A stretch of DNA of 57,473 nt from an uncultured Rhodopirellula sp. (GTDB taxonomy: Bacteria; Planctomycetota; Planctomycetia; Pirellulales; Pirellulaceae), in contig CAXGAI010000029.1 of assembly GCA_964007735.1 (NCBI GenBank), forward strand, positions 1 to 57,473, read 5' to 3'. The translations under genes and the position numbers were made by a program. Position 1 is the first letter of the stretch. Each line of letters starts with the position of its first letter. The notes below the pieces were generated by a model that saw only the letters and a program-made list of their open reading frames with translations, did no database searches and had not been told where the DNA came from. Shown here piece by piece: positions 20,684 to 31,066 of the stretch.

Positions 20684-21820
20684 TCAAAGGCTGACACTCA
20701 AGGCCTCACCGATTCGCCAGTCGGCGAGGTTGTCGGCATCACGGATGACTTCGTTATACACCGTGTCGCGTTCCACTGGTTCCCGGCCTGCTTCGCGAAT
20801 CAATTCTTTTAATTGTTCAACGGTCAATTCTTCTGGGGTCGTTGCACCAGCATCATGATAAATGAGTTCGTGCCGAACAGTACCATCGAGGTCATCAGCC
20901 CCGTAATCTAATGCTGTTTGCGCTGTCCCGATACCGAGCATGATCCAGTAGGCTTTGATGTGAGGGAAGTTATCTAACATCAATCGTGAGACGGCCATGG
21001 TTCGTAAGTCCATTAGTGCCGATGGTTTCTTAAGGTGGTCGAGTCCGGTGTTTTCCGGATGGAATGCCAGCGGGATGAAGGTTTGGAATCCACCGGATTT
21101 ATCCTGCTGTTCCCGCAGGCGTATTAAGTGGTCGACGCGATGAAAGCCATTCTCAATATGCCCATAGAGCATCGTCGCATTGGTTTTAATCCCGAGTTCA
21201 TGGGCCGTACCGTGAATTTCGAACCACTTACCTGTATCTGCTTTGTGTTCGCATATCTGGTCTCGTACTTCGGGATGGAATATCTCTGCTCCACCGCCGG
21301 GCATACTTCCCAGACCAGCCTCTTTTAAATCTTCCAAAATTTCTCGAACAGGCTTCTTTGTTAGGTGCTCGAACCAGTTTATTTCGACCCCCGTCCAAGC
21401 TTTGAGATGTAGTTTGGGGTGAGCATCGTGAAGGATACGCACGATGTCGACGTACCAGTCATATTTTTTCTTGTGATGGAGGCCCCCTACAATGTGCATT
21501 TCAGTACAGCCGTTGGCGATCGCTTCAGACCCGCGTTGCAGAATCTGTTCGTCAGACATGACATAGCCACGTTCGGACCTCAGGTCTGCTCGGAATGCAC
21601 AGAAGTTACAACGATATACACAGACATTAGTTGGATTGAGATGCGTATTGATGTTGTAATATGCCACGTTCCCGTTGATACGTTCGCGAACGATATTGGC
21701 TAGTTCACCCACTTCCTGCAATGGAGTATCGTCCTGATAAAGTACCAGGCCATCTTCCAGAGAAAGACGGTCGCCATTTTCTACTTTTTTACGAATATCT
21801 GCGAGTATAGGTGAGCTCAT
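20684..21820 (-). CDS. mqnE: Aminofutalosine synthase (radical SAM)
   Basis: CVYRCNFC radical-SAM motif, EMHIVGG, PGGGAEIF, NATMLYGH.E, HIKAYW; next to menG/ubiX/mqnP. Confidence 0.88.
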   Translation of the reverse strand: MSSPILADIRKKVENGDRLSLEDGLVLYQDDTPLQEVGELANIVRERINGNVAYYNINTHLNPTNVCVYRCNFCAFRADLRSERGYVMSDEQILQRGSEAIANGCTEMHIVGGLHHKKKYDWYVDIVRILHDAHPKLHLKAWTGVEINWFEHLTKKPVREILEDLKEAGLGSMPGGGAEIFHPEVRDQICEHKADTGKWFEIHGTAHELGIKTNATMLYGHIENGFHRVDHLIRLREQQDKSGGFQTFIPLAFHPENTGLDHLKKPSALMDLRTMAVSRLMLDNFPHIKAYWIMLGIGTAQTALDYGADDLDGTVRHELIYHDAGATTPEELTVEQLKELIREAGREPVERDTVYNEVIRDADNLADWRIGEALSVSL

Positions 21821-21965
21821 GCGTTGATCAGTGGTAAGTATTACGGTTGGGAAATAACGCTAATGTAAACCGTAGAGTGTAGAGTATTTATCACAATCTT
21901 TTTAGTGCCAATCGAGTCAAATCATCCGAGATTTGGACAATCAACACGATTGGCAATGACTGTTG

Positions 21966-22571
21966 TTATCGACGACGACGATGCTTCCCCTTTAATTCGT
22001 CTTCAATCTCTGCTTGCAAAGCTTCACTGGCGCCCTGTTGGGCAAGCCCGAAATTTTGGAGCCAGGCAGTAACTTCGAATTCAGATAGCTTCTGGTTAGG
22101 TTTGGAGCGATCGGTTTTGCGAGCTGATCGTTTAGCTTTCATCTCGTGATTGATACGTTGATACCAGAGATTACTGTCGATTGCCTGAGCTCGCCGCCGT
22201 TTCGCTGCTCGCTGAACCCGATGGTCGCTGGAGACGACAGTTAGATTTCGAGGAGCGGTATGCAATTCGATATATTCTTCCATTAGCGTGTCAGCTTCCC
22301 CGTAACCTACCGCGAAATGAACGATTAGTCCCTGATGGTTGTAAATGCTGGTTCGGTTCTTGGGAGGGTTCTTCGCATCAAAGACGAGCACTGTCTTCGC
22401 AGCAAGCTCCGGAGTGAGTGTCTCAAGCAGCCATTGAATAAGACTTTGACGGGCACCTTCGAGCGTGCCTGCCTCGTTGTCCGGGCCGATTTCTTCGGAC
22501 GCCCACCAGAGATTGTATCCATCGATCAGAAACAGAGATGAAGTTGACTGAGGTGGGTTGGGACGATTCAC
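21966..22571 (-). CDS. NYN (YacP/Rae1-like) domain protein
   Basis: LIDGYN, VFDA, EAD..., VVSSD PIN-like acidic motifs. Confidence 0.8.
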   Translation of the reverse strand: MNRPNPPQSTSSLFLIDGYNLWWASEEIGPDNEAGTLEGARQSLIQWLLETLTPELAAKTVLVFDAKNPPKNRTSIYNHQGLIVHFAVGYGEADTLMEEYIELHTAPRNLTVVSSDHRVQRAAKRRRAQAIDSNLWYQRINHEMKAKRSARKTDRSKPNQKLSEFEVTAWLQNFGLAQQGASEALQAEIEDELKGKHRRRR

Positions 22572-22575
22572 AAGA

Positions 22576-23850
22576 CTACCGTTGAAGTTTTATAGTGCCG
22601 TCAACGATTACGGTTTCGGCCCGGCCGGTTAAAGTCAGTTCGTTAAATGGGGTGTTTGTACTCAGAGAGGCGAACTGATTCGAATCAACTTTCCATGTAA
22701 CTTTAGGATCGATGATGGTCACATCAGCGGTAGTACCTACTGATAATGTACCCTTATCTAGTTTTAATGCTTTTGCCGGATTGGTTGACAGCTTGCGAAT
22801 TAGGGTGGGGAAGTCAAGGTGCCCGGGAACCACGAGATTCGTGATTGCCAGCCCGAGTGTGATTTCTATTTGACTCATCCCAAAGGGGGCTTGGTCTAAT
22901 TCCGTCATCTTTTTTTCGGATGCTCGAGGAGCATGGCCACTCGTGATGACATCAATCGTTCCGTCTTGGAGACCTGCGATACAGGCATCGATGTGGCTTT
23001 GAGATCGGAGAGGTGGATTGACTTTGTAGTTTGAATCAAAGGTCCTCATGACTTCATCGGTTAAATGCAGGTTGGCAATGCAAATTTCGCTGGATACATT
23101 CACGCCCCGCCCTTTGGCTCGACGAATTAGCTCGACACTGCCTTCAGTAGAGATATCCATTAAGTGCAAGCGGGCACCGGTTGTTTCTGCCAAACGAAGA
23201 TCTCGTCCCGTAGCGAGTTCTTCACTATCGGGATGCATTCCCGAAAGCCCCAAAACCATCGAGATGGATCCTGAGTGCATGAGACCACTTTGTGAGAGCT
23301 CCGGTATCTCGGGGTGATCGAGAATCGGTACATCAAACATGCGGCTGTACTCTAATGCCCGGCGAAACAGATCCGTCTTCTGCAGGGGATGGGGGGCATC
23401 ACTAAAAGCAACCGCTCCCGCCTGAGCCAGGATGCCCATTTCTGCCAGTTCCTGGCCTTCCCGGTTCTTACTGACACAAGCGATAACAAAGACGTGGCAA
23501 TTGTTTGCTTGCGAGGCCTTTTGCTGGATGAATTGAACTTGGGCCTGCGTGTCCGTTGTTGGTGAAGTGTTTGGTAGGCAGGCGATGGAGGTGAAACCAC
23601 CATTAATTGCGGCTGCTGTTCCGGATTCGATCGTCTCGTCCTCCTCGAATCCTGGTTCACGCAGCTGGACATGAGTATCCACAAGGCCTGGACTGACGAT
23701 TTTGCCGGTGGCTTCGATTTCTTTATCGGCAGTTCCCAAGTCGGTCCCAATAGCAGCAATTTTACCGTCCTGAATCAACAGGTCTGCGACTTCGTCAAGC
23801 GACTGGCTGGGGTCAATAATTCGGCCGTTGCGAATGATGATGCTTGGCAT
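22576..23850 (-). CDS. pyrC': Dihydroorotase-like protein, probably inactive PyrC'
   Basis: Type I DHOase scaffold (LREPG, GGFT, PNT.P, KVNPPLR) but metal ligands altered (HVQ, SGHAPR). Confidence 0.8.
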   Translation of the reverse strand: MPSIIIRNGRIIDPSQSLDEVADLLIQDGKIAAIGTDLGTADKEIEATGKIVSPGLVDTHVQLREPGFEEDETIESGTAAAINGGFTSIACLPNTSPTTDTQAQVQFIQQKASQANNCHVFVIACVSKNREGQELAEMGILAQAGAVAFSDAPHPLQKTDLFRRALEYSRMFDVPILDHPEIPELSQSGLMHSGSISMVLGLSGMHPDSEELATGRDLRLAETTGARLHLMDISTEGSVELIRRAKGRGVNVSSEICIANLHLTDEVMRTFDSNYKVNPPLRSQSHIDACIAGLQDGTIDVITSGHAPRASEKKMTELDQAPFGMSQIEITLGLAITNLVVPGHLDFPTLIRKLSTNPAKALKLDKGTLSVGTTADVTIIDPKVTWKVDSNQFASLSTNTPFNELTLTGRAETVIVDGTIKLQR

Positions 23851-23864
23851 GTTTGACTCCTTTT

Positions 23865-24842
23865 CTACGCCTGTTGATTTGCTGAAGTGGTTAAATAGAG
23901 GGCGGCCATTCTCACGGCGATACCGTTGGTAACCTGATGGAGGATGACAGAATGGGGGCCATCGGCGACATCCGGTGTGATTTCCACTCCGCGATTAATC
24001 GGTCCCGGAGCCATAATCAAAATATCATCTTTGGCCTGTTCCATTCGTTTGCGATTCATTCCGTAAAGGAATGCGTATTCACGGACGGAGGGGAATGGCC
24101 GAGTGTATTGTCGTTCGAACTGAATGCGAAGCAGATTGAGTACATCACAGCGGGGGATGATATTGTCCAGACTATAAGAGACCTCGACTCCAAAATCTTC
24201 CCACGCTTTGGAAACGAGTGTGGAAGGACCACAGACAATAACATGGGCCCCAAGTTTCTTCAGTCCCCAGATGTTGGAGCGTGCCGTACGGCTATAGGTA
24301 ATGTCGCCCACCATGGCCACTGTCAGGCCTTCCAGCGTTCCACGTTGTTCGAAAATGGTCATAATGTCTAGCATGCCCTGCGTGGGATGCTCGTGAGGTC
24401 CGTCACCAGCATTGAGAATGCTACAGCCAACATTTTGTGATAGAAGGTGAGGGCTTCCAGGAGTGCTGTGACGCACGACCATGGCATCGACATTCATGGC
24501 TTCGATCGTCTTTGCCGTATCGATGAGGGTCTCGCCTTTGCTGAGGCTGCTGGAACTTGCAGAAAACTCAACGGTATCCGCTCCAAGTCGGCGGGCCGCC
24601 AAACTGAAACTGTTCCTTGTTCGAGTTGAATTCTCGAAGAACATGTTGGCAATCGTTTTGCCTTGGAGAATGGAAAGCTTATCCCTGCATCCACCGGTTG
24701 CCGCTTTGAGCTCAACGGCGGTATGGAGAAGTGTAAGAATGTCGTCCTTGGATAATGCTTCGAGCCCCAGTAGATGACGACGCTGCCACGTGTCAGGTAC
24801 TGGTGAAATGTCTACTGCTGAATCCGTTGCAGTCACTTTCAT
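23865..24842 (-). CDS. pyrB: Aspartate carbamoyltransferase catalytic subunit
   Basis: [45 protein letters not shown]. Confidence 0.95.
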   Translation of the reverse strand: MKVTATDSAVDISPVPDTWQRRHLLGLEALSKDDILTLLHTAVELKAATGGCRDKLSILQGKTIANMFFENSTRTRNSFSLAARRLGADTVEFSASSSSLSKGETLIDTAKTIEAMNVDAMVVRHSTPGSPHLLSQNVGCSILNAGDGPHEHPTQGMLDIMTIFEQRGTLEGLTVAMVGDITYSRTARSNIWGLKKLGAHVIVCGPSTLVSKAWEDFGVEVSYSLDNIIPRCDVLNLLRIQFERQYTRPFPSVREYAFLYGMNRKRMEQAKDDILIMAPGPINRGVEITPDVADGPHSVILHQVTNGIAVRMAALYLTTSANQQA

Positions 24843-25091
24843 CGTGCCCCTTTATAAAACTTCGATGAGTCTTTCGAGCGATTTTAACAACCAAACGATG
24901 GCCTGAGAACAATCGAATTGTTGGTAGAGAGGATTGTTTGCATCTTTTTTAGCAAATCAGCTTAAGAAATTTCAAGAATATCGGAATCTCTGACGATTCC
25001 CGAGCTACCAACCCCATTTTTAAGGGACTCATTTTAGACGGTGAGCTGACATAACACGCTTACAATTCTCTCCCCCAAAGGGAATAACACC

Positions 25092-25610
25092 ATGAAAACC
25101 ATCGAAAATCGATTTGTCCGGGCTTTATACTTCGCGGCAATTATCTTGTTGCTTAGTGGATGTAATCTTACGAACTCGAATTCAGAAATGCAGACACCTC
25201 AGCAGTTGGTAGCTCAACAGCAAACGATAATGCAGCAGGCCGCAACACAATCAGGTTACACGACTCCTCAGGATCCCAATGGCAGCTTCACTGTGGAGAT
25301 TCGAAACGCATATGGAGCGCGCTCACGCGTGCGTTTGCCTTTGCAATCGGGCTTGTGTGTGGAGGATGCGCTACGGCTTTCCAAAGTCACCGAACAATTT
25401 GACAATATGCAGATCAAATTAAAGCGGCCAACAAAAGATCCCCGCCGATTCCTGCCTTTAGATGTCAACTTTGATGCGGAGTACCGTCGTGTGGATCCGC
25501 TCAACGATTATGCGTTGCACAATGGTGACTATCTCGTTGTCACTCAATCGGCCGGACCAGACATCAGTGAATTGATGAATGATGCAGCAGGCCCACTGAT
25601 GGGTTTCTAA
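25092..25610 (+). CDS. Lipoprotein with a possible SLBB/beta-grasp-like domain
   Basis: LLSGC lipobox; V.DAL..S...., I.L.R and Y.L..GD.LVV pattern seen in SLBB/polysaccharide-export domains. Confidence 0.5.
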   Translation: MKTIENRFVRALYFAAIILLLSGCNLTNSNSEMQTPQQLVAQQQTIMQQAATQSGYTTPQDPNGSFTVEIRNAYGARSRVRLPLQSGLCVEDALRLSKVTEQFDNMQIKLKRPTKDPRRFLPLDVNFDAEYRRVDPLNDYALHNGDYLVVTQSAGPDISELMNDAAGPLMGF

Positions 25611-25624
25611 ACGATCCTTAAATG

Positions 25625-25668
25625 AAAGAAAAAGGGCGAAGTCCTGTATTGGACGACGCCCTATTTCT
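25625..25668. terminator. Probable intrinsic terminator between convergent genes
   Basis: AGGGCG-aa-GTCC-loop-GGAC-ga-CGCCCT stem flanked by A-rich and T-rich tails. Confidence 0.65.
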
Positions 25669-25705
25669 ATGTCTGGAGTGTTCGCGTTATACCGGACCGA
25701 TTGGT

Positions 25706-26920
25706 TTAATAATTGCGAGGAGTAATCCGGCCCTGAACCCGGTAGGGTAGCCCCATGATCCTGAGGAAACCTTCGGCATCATCCTGATTGTAGGATCCCC
25801 CACCTTCCATCGTGGCGATACCTTCATCGTAGAGACTGTTAGGGCTCGTTCGGCTTTCGACAATGATATTGCCTTTATAGAGTCCTAGCGTTACTTCACC
25901 GCTAACGTGTTGCATAGCGACGTCGTTAAAAGCGAGCAAGGCATCCATCCGTGCGCAGTACCAGTGTCCATAGTAAACCATTTCGGCAACTTCAGTCTTG
26001 AGTCGATCTCGCAGATGGCATAGATCTCGATCCATCGTAAGTTGTTCCAGGACGAGCAATGCATCATAGAGTATGGTCATACCCGGAGCTTCATAAACAC
26101 CACGGCTTTTCATGCCAACGAAACGGTTTTCAACCATATCGATACGGCCAACACCATTGCGACCACCGATATCATTAAGAGTCTTTACGATTCCCAAGGG
26201 TGAAAGTGCTTTGCCATTTACGGCGACTGGTACACCTTTTTCGATCTTCACCGTGACCTTTTCAACTTCATCAGGAGCGTCCTGAGGAGACACGCCCATT
26301 CCGAAGTCCACTTTTTCAACGCCGTTGACTTCCAAATCTTCTAAATCGCCGGCTTCATAGCTGATATGTAAGCAGTTTTCGTCAGAGCTGTATGGCTTGG
26401 AAACGGAAGCCTTTACAGGGATTCCCTTGCTTTCGCAATAAGCAATCATTTCTGTACGACCAGGGAATAATTCACGAAATTCTTTGATTCGCCAGGGAGC
26501 GATCATTTTGACATTTGGATCAAGAGCTTCCGCTGCCAGTTGAAAACGACATTGGTCGTTACCTTTACCAGTCGCTCCGTGAACGTAAGCTTCAGCTCCG
26601 ACTTCACGGGCAACTTCCAGACAGACTTTAGAAATCAAAGGGCGAGCAATCGATGTGCCAAGCAGGTAGATACTTTCGTATTTAGCTTGCCACTGCAAAA
26701 CCGGGAATGCAAAGTCACGACAAAGCTCTTCCTGAACATCAACCAGACGAGCACTAACCGCGCCACAATCGTGGGCCTTTTGCATGATTGCTTCCCTATC
26801 TTCACAAGGTTGGCCAAGGTCGACATAGACGCAGTGAACGTCGTATCCCTGATCCTGAAGCCATCCAAGGATAACGGAAGTGTCTAAACCGCCGGAATAA
26901 GCTAAAACGCAGCTTGGCAT
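25706..26920 (-). CDS. argG: Argininosuccinate synthase
   Basis: LAYSGGLDTS, TSIARP, GATGKGNDQ.RF, S.D.N, ENRFVGMKSRGVYE; start ATG 26920. Confidence 0.96.
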   Translation of the reverse strand: MPSCVLAYSGGLDTSVILGWLQDQGYDVHCVYVDLGQPCEDREAIMQKAHDCGAVSARLVDVQEELCRDFAFPVLQWQAKYESIYLLGTSIARPLISKVCLEVAREVGAEAYVHGATGKGNDQCRFQLAAEALDPNVKMIAPWRIKEFRELFPGRTEMIAYCESKGIPVKASVSKPYSSDENCLHISYEAGDLEDLEVNGVEKVDFGMGVSPQDAPDEVEKVTVKIEKGVPVAVNGKALSPLGIVKTLNDIGGRNGVGRIDMVENRFVGMKSRGVYEAPGMTILYDALLVLEQLTMDRDLCHLRDRLKTEVAEMVYYGHWYCARMDALLAFNDVAMQHVSGEVTLGLYKGNIIVESRTSPNSLYDEGIATMEGGGSYNQDDAEGFLRIMGLPYRVQGRITPRNY

Positions 26921-27077
26921 TGCTATCACTCTTTCAAAAATTCTGGAAAGGGTTTGAGTTTTTCTAAAAAGCAGACTTAGACGTCTGCGCTGAATCACCT
27001 TATTGTGATTGCGGTTGTTTAAACTGACAAGAGCCGCCCAATCACTTCGGACGTTAATACTACCGCAGACAGTTCCC

Positions 27078-28163
27078 TTAGATTAGATCGGAATATGCGG
27101 TGGCTGCATGAGCAAACGAAAAGTGGCTGACAGCAGAGCTCCACTGCTCTGCCGCGATCGGATTGCAGAGAACCCGACTCATTTGTTGAGCTAACGCCGA
27201 AGTATCCCCTACGTCGACCAAATGCCCATGTAACGCCGCGGGGAGGATTTCCCGTGGGCCGGATGGACAATCGGTGGAAACGATATTGGTACCACAGGCC
27301 ATTGCTTCTATCAGGACGGTTGGCAACGCCTCCCAGCGACTCGAAAGTACAAATAAGTCAGCCTTACGCATCCAGGCGTATGGATTGTCCTGGAATCCAA
27401 CCAGCGAAACGGAATCTTGTAGCTCGTGTCTCCCTATCAGAGAACGTAGTAATGATTCCTGTTCACCCGTTCCCAGAATGGCCAGATGGACTGCCGTGTC
27501 TGCAAGCGTATGTAGTTTTGAAAATGCTTTGATAAGTGTCGAAAAATCTTTTTGTTTACTGAGTCTGCCGACTCCAAGGATGAGTTTGCCTTTAAATTTG
27601 CCTAGTGGATGCTCAATGTTTTCTTGGGCTTGTTTTTCGAGCTCAGGGCTAACGACTGGATTATAAATTGTCTTCACTGAACCATTGGGCAAAGAAAGAA
27701 CCTGTTCGAGGTCTCTTGCGGCGTCATTGGAGACGCTGATGACATGATCCGCATAGGGATAAAGTCGTTTGGTCAAAGGCTTGATCAATCTATCACGCCA
27801 ACGTTCGCCTTTATAGGCGGACATCGTCATGTGTTCGACTACCGCAATCTTGGGGCGGTAATTCGCTTTTCGTGCAGCCCGCAGGAGGGCAATATTGGCA
27901 TGGCTCAGATGAGAAATCAGTAAGTCCGCTTTTTGACGGTTAAGAACTTCGATTAAGGGGCGAGTGGCCTTACGCATTTGGGCCGTCTTTAAGTCGATGA
28001 CTTCAACGTCGTCAGGGATTTTGTCGGCAAATGGTCCTGTGGCAGAGCCGGTAATCAAGAGAGGGATAACTTTATTACGATCGAATGCACGCAGTAAATT
28101 GACGACGACTCTTTCGGCGCCGCCACCGCTCAGTGAGGGGATGAAATTTGCGATTCTCTTCAT
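27078..28163 (-). CDS. Glycosyltransferase family 4
   Basis: GGGAER, VGRL..QK, SSRWEA.P.VL.EAMA.G (EX7E) motifs. Confidence 0.9.
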   Translation of the reverse strand: MKRIANFIPSLSGGGAERVVVNLLRAFDRNKVIPLLITGSATGPFADKIPDDVEVIDLKTAQMRKATRPLIEVLNRQKADLLISHLSHANIALLRAARKANYRPKIAVVEHMTMSAYKGERWRDRLIKPLTKRLYPYADHVISVSNDAARDLEQVLSLPNGSVKTIYNPVVSPELEKQAQENIEHPLGKFKGKLILGVGRLSKQKDFSTLIKAFSKLHTLADTAVHLAILGTGEQESLLRSLIGRHELQDSVSLVGFQDNPYAWMRKADLFVLSSRWEALPTVLIEAMACGTNIVSTDCPSGPREILPAALHGHLVDVGDTSALAQQMSRVLCNPIAAEQWSSAVSHFSFAHAATAYSDLI

Positions 28164-28360
28164 GGAAGTGTTTCTGGAAAGCGGATAGCTGCTAACTCTT
28201 ATTTACATTGTGCGATGTTATTTATTTCGGTCGCTTTATAAGTTTACCCACAGCCAATTACACCAATGCTCAGAATCTATTCTTCTGCTTATACTAAAGG
28301 CTCTGAGTCGATCAGTTTTACATTACGGGTGTCAAACAGAGTTAGGTCACGAAGAACTTC

Positions 28361-29125
28361 ATGGAAATAGATCAATTACGCCAGTTACTTGAACTGGTTT
28401 CTCAGGGGAACTTATCTGTCGAGGCTGCTCAAAAAGAGTTGGCTGCACAAGGTGGTGTCCGCGTAGAAGGCGTGACACTGGACCTCGATCGTCAGCGACG
28501 ATGTGGGTTTCCAGAGGTGATTTTTGGCGAGAATAAGACGGCCGAAACCATTGCTTCAACAATGCAGGCTCAGCGTGATCATGGGCACCCTTCGTTAGCA
28601 ACACGAGTTTCGGCTGACAAAGCTGCGGTTGTGACAGCAAGGCTGGAAGGTGTTGTTTACAACGAAGTCGCTCGTGTTTTGCGTTGGAATCTCGAAGGTT
28701 CTCAAGCGATCCCCGGCCGAGTTTTAGTCATCTCAGCCGGGACTAGTGATTTGCCGGTGGCGGCTGAAGCAGTGGAAACATTGATTTGGATGGGTGTCGA
28801 TTATGAATTTATTGAAGACGTCGGAGTTGCAGGGCCACACAGGTTAATGGAGCATGTTGAAAACCTTCGGTCAGCTGATGTTTTAATTGTCGTCGCTGGT
28901 CTGGAAGGAGCCTTGCCAAGTGTTGTTGGCGGTTACGTCGATAGTCCGGTTTTGGCGGTTCCCACCAGCGTTGGGTACTCGACGGCGTTTGGAGGCGTTA
29001 CTGCCCTGCTGGGAATGCTTAATAGCTGTGCTTCCAATGTGTTAGTCACTAACGTTGATGCCGGCTTTAAGGCCGCCTATAACGCCGGTGTTATGCTCCG
29101 TCGTCTTAAAGGGACGGAGCGATGA
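28361..29125 (+). CDS. larB: Nickel-pincer cofactor biosynthesis protein LarB (PurE-like)
   Basis: D..R..R.GFPEVI, AGTSDLPVA.EA, DVGVAG.HRL, AG.EGALPSVV.G, AVPTSVGY, LNSCA. Confidence 0.9.
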   Translation: MEIDQLRQLLELVSQGNLSVEAAQKELAAQGGVRVEGVTLDLDRQRRCGFPEVIFGENKTAETIASTMQAQRDHGHPSLATRVSADKAAVVTARLEGVVYNEVARVLRWNLEGSQAIPGRVLVISAGTSDLPVAAEAVETLIWMGVDYEFIEDVGVAGPHRLMEHVENLRSADVLIVVAGLEGALPSVVGGYVDSPVLAVPTSVGYSTAFGGVTALLGMLNSCASNVLVTNVDAGFKAAYNAGVMLRRLKGTER

Positions 29126-29982
29126 ATATGGTGACTGGGTTAGAGCCTCGTGCATTGGACAGTCACAAAGGAGATTACGGGCGTCTGCTGTTGATTGGCG
29201 GTAGTCGTTTTATGTCCGGAGCGATTGCCTTGTCGGCTTTAGCCGCCTTGCGTGGCGGCGCCGGTCTCGTAACGGTGGCTACCTCGGCTTCCGCTCAGCC
29301 GATCGTGGCTGGCTTTAACCCCTGCTATATGACGATTGCCACCGCTGAAGATGCTGCCGGAGTGATGGCGGTTTCCGTTGATGAGTTAAGTCGAGTCGTG
29401 GGCGGCTTGGGGAATTATGATGTCCTCGCCGTGGGGCCTGGTTTGGGACGAAATGAAGCGTTGTCAGGGCTGGTCGATGAGATTTATCAGAACTATGAAG
29501 GGCCTGTTATTTTTGATGCCGATGGTTTGAATAACCTGACGAGGTTGGCTGGTGCTGCTGGTCCCCGCGTCCTGACTCCTCATCCGGGAGAGTTTAAACG
29601 ATTACTCAGAAAATTGGGGAGAGAAGGTGTCGTTGAACGGGAGTTGCAAGAACAGCAGGCTCGGGAACTGGCCTCCGAATTTGATTTAACGATTCTTCTT
29701 AAAGGGCATGAATCGCTGGTAACGGACGGGAGCCAGTCCTCTTACAATTTGACGGGTAATCCCGGAATGGCAACTGCAGGTAGCGGGGATGTACTCACGG
29801 GATTGATTGCGGCTTTGTTGGGGCAACAGTCTGACGTGTTAAAGGCAGCTTTGCTGGCAGCCTATCTGCATGGTTTGGCAGGAGATCTGGCTGTACAGGA
29901 GACGGGCGAGATCTCCTTAACGGCAACGGACCTCATCGAGTATTTACCGGCAGCATTCCTACGAACTCAGGCAGAGCAATAA
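29122..29982 (+). CDS. nnrD: ADP-dependent NAD(P)H-hydrate dehydratase
   Basis: R..DSHKG.YG, GPGLG, DADGL, TPHPGE, GNPGMATAGSGDVL. Confidence 0.92.
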   Translation: MNMVTGLEPRALDSHKGDYGRLLLIGGSRFMSGAIALSALAALRGGAGLVTVATSASAQPIVAGFNPCYMTIATAEDAAGVMAVSVDELSRVVGGLGNYDVLAVGPGLGRNEALSGLVDEIYQNYEGPVIFDADGLNNLTRLAGAAGPRVLTPHPGEFKRLLRKLGREGVVERELQEQQARELASEFDLTILLKGHESLVTDGSQSSYNLTGNPGMATAGSGDVLTGLIAALLGQQSDVLKAALLAAYLHGLAGDLAVQETGEISLTATDLIEYLPAAFLRTQAEQ

Positions 29983-30927
29983 ATGAAGCTTATTCGTGAT
30001 TTAAGTCAGTTAGACGAGACGTTGCGTGGAGGTGCCGTTACGATCGGTAACTTTGATGGAGTACACCGAGGGCATGCGCGGATAGTTGAACAATTAAAGA
30101 ATTTGGCTGCTAAATACGATGGGCCAGCAAAGGTCTTCACCTTTGATCCTCATCCGGTACGTTTGCTGAGGCCAGAATTGGCTCCGCCGCCGTTGACATG
30201 GACTTCTCGCAAGGCGTTGCTGTTGGAAGAATTAGGAGTGGATGTAACGGTCGTGTACCCGACTAACCGGTCACTGCTCGACTTGTCGGCTGAGGATTTC
30301 TTTCAGCAGATCATCGTGGAGGCACTGGGAGCGAAAGCCTTAGTCGAAGGACCAAATTTTGCATTTGGAAAGGGCCGCGAAGGAACCATTGAGATCCTCC
30401 AATTACTTTGCGACGCTAATGATGTGGAGTTGCAGGTTGCGCAACCTTTACTGGAAGACGAGGATTATGTCTCAAGCAGTCGAATCCGCAGGGCTGTTGC
30501 TGCAGGAGATGTCGATGCGGCTTGTCGGGATCTGACTAGGCCTTACCGCTTACGAGGGATGGTGACACATGGCATGAAACGAGGCAGTGAAATCGGGTTT
30601 CCGACAGCCAACCTCGATGCGATTGACACCTTGATTCCTGCTCCGGGCGTCTACGCCGGAGTCGCCATGACTGAGTCCTGCCGCTTGCCAGCAGCCATTC
30701 ACGTTGGAGGTAATCCGACGTTTAAAGAAGATGACCACAAGTTTGAAGTACATGTAATCGGTTTTGAGGGTAATTTGTACGGGCAGATAATGGAAGTCGA
30801 TATGCTTAGTCGCATACGAGGGACGGTCTCGTTTGAATCTGCGACGCAACTAAAAAGTCAATTGCAGCAGGATGTAGCGAAGGCCTATGCTATTGCAACC
30901 GAATATCTCAGTAGTTCCAAAGGGTGA
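29983..30927 (+). CDS. ribF: Bifunctional riboflavin kinase/FAD synthetase
   Basis: IGNFDGVHRGH, FDPHP, SSSRIR, GFPTAN, EVH. Confidence 0.95.
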   Translation: MKLIRDLSQLDETLRGGAVTIGNFDGVHRGHARIVEQLKNLAAKYDGPAKVFTFDPHPVRLLRPELAPPPLTWTSRKALLLEELGVDVTVVYPTNRSLLDLSAEDFFQQIIVEALGAKALVEGPNFAFGKGREGTIEILQLLCDANDVELQVAQPLLEDEDYVSSSRIRRAVAAGDVDAACRDLTRPYRLRGMVTHGMKRGSEIGFPTANLDAIDTLIPAPGVYAGVAMTESCRLPAAIHVGGNPTFKEDDHKFEVHVIGFEGNLYGQIMEVDMLSRIRGTVSFESATQLKSQLQQDVAKAYAIATEYLSSSKG

Positions 30928-31066
30928 TCCTCTTCGCAAACTAGATACTATTCAGTAATTCGTTCTTAGGTTCTACTTGATGAATCTTCTCCTATTTGGA
31001 ACTTCAAAAGTAACCATCTTTTAGTGAGATGATTTTCCCGCTAACCAAAGCAATATAGGAATACTT

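Noticed and set aside
24842..25092. PyrR attenuator upstream of pyrB
   Set aside because: No PyrR-binding-loop consensus or terminator/antiterminator pair seen
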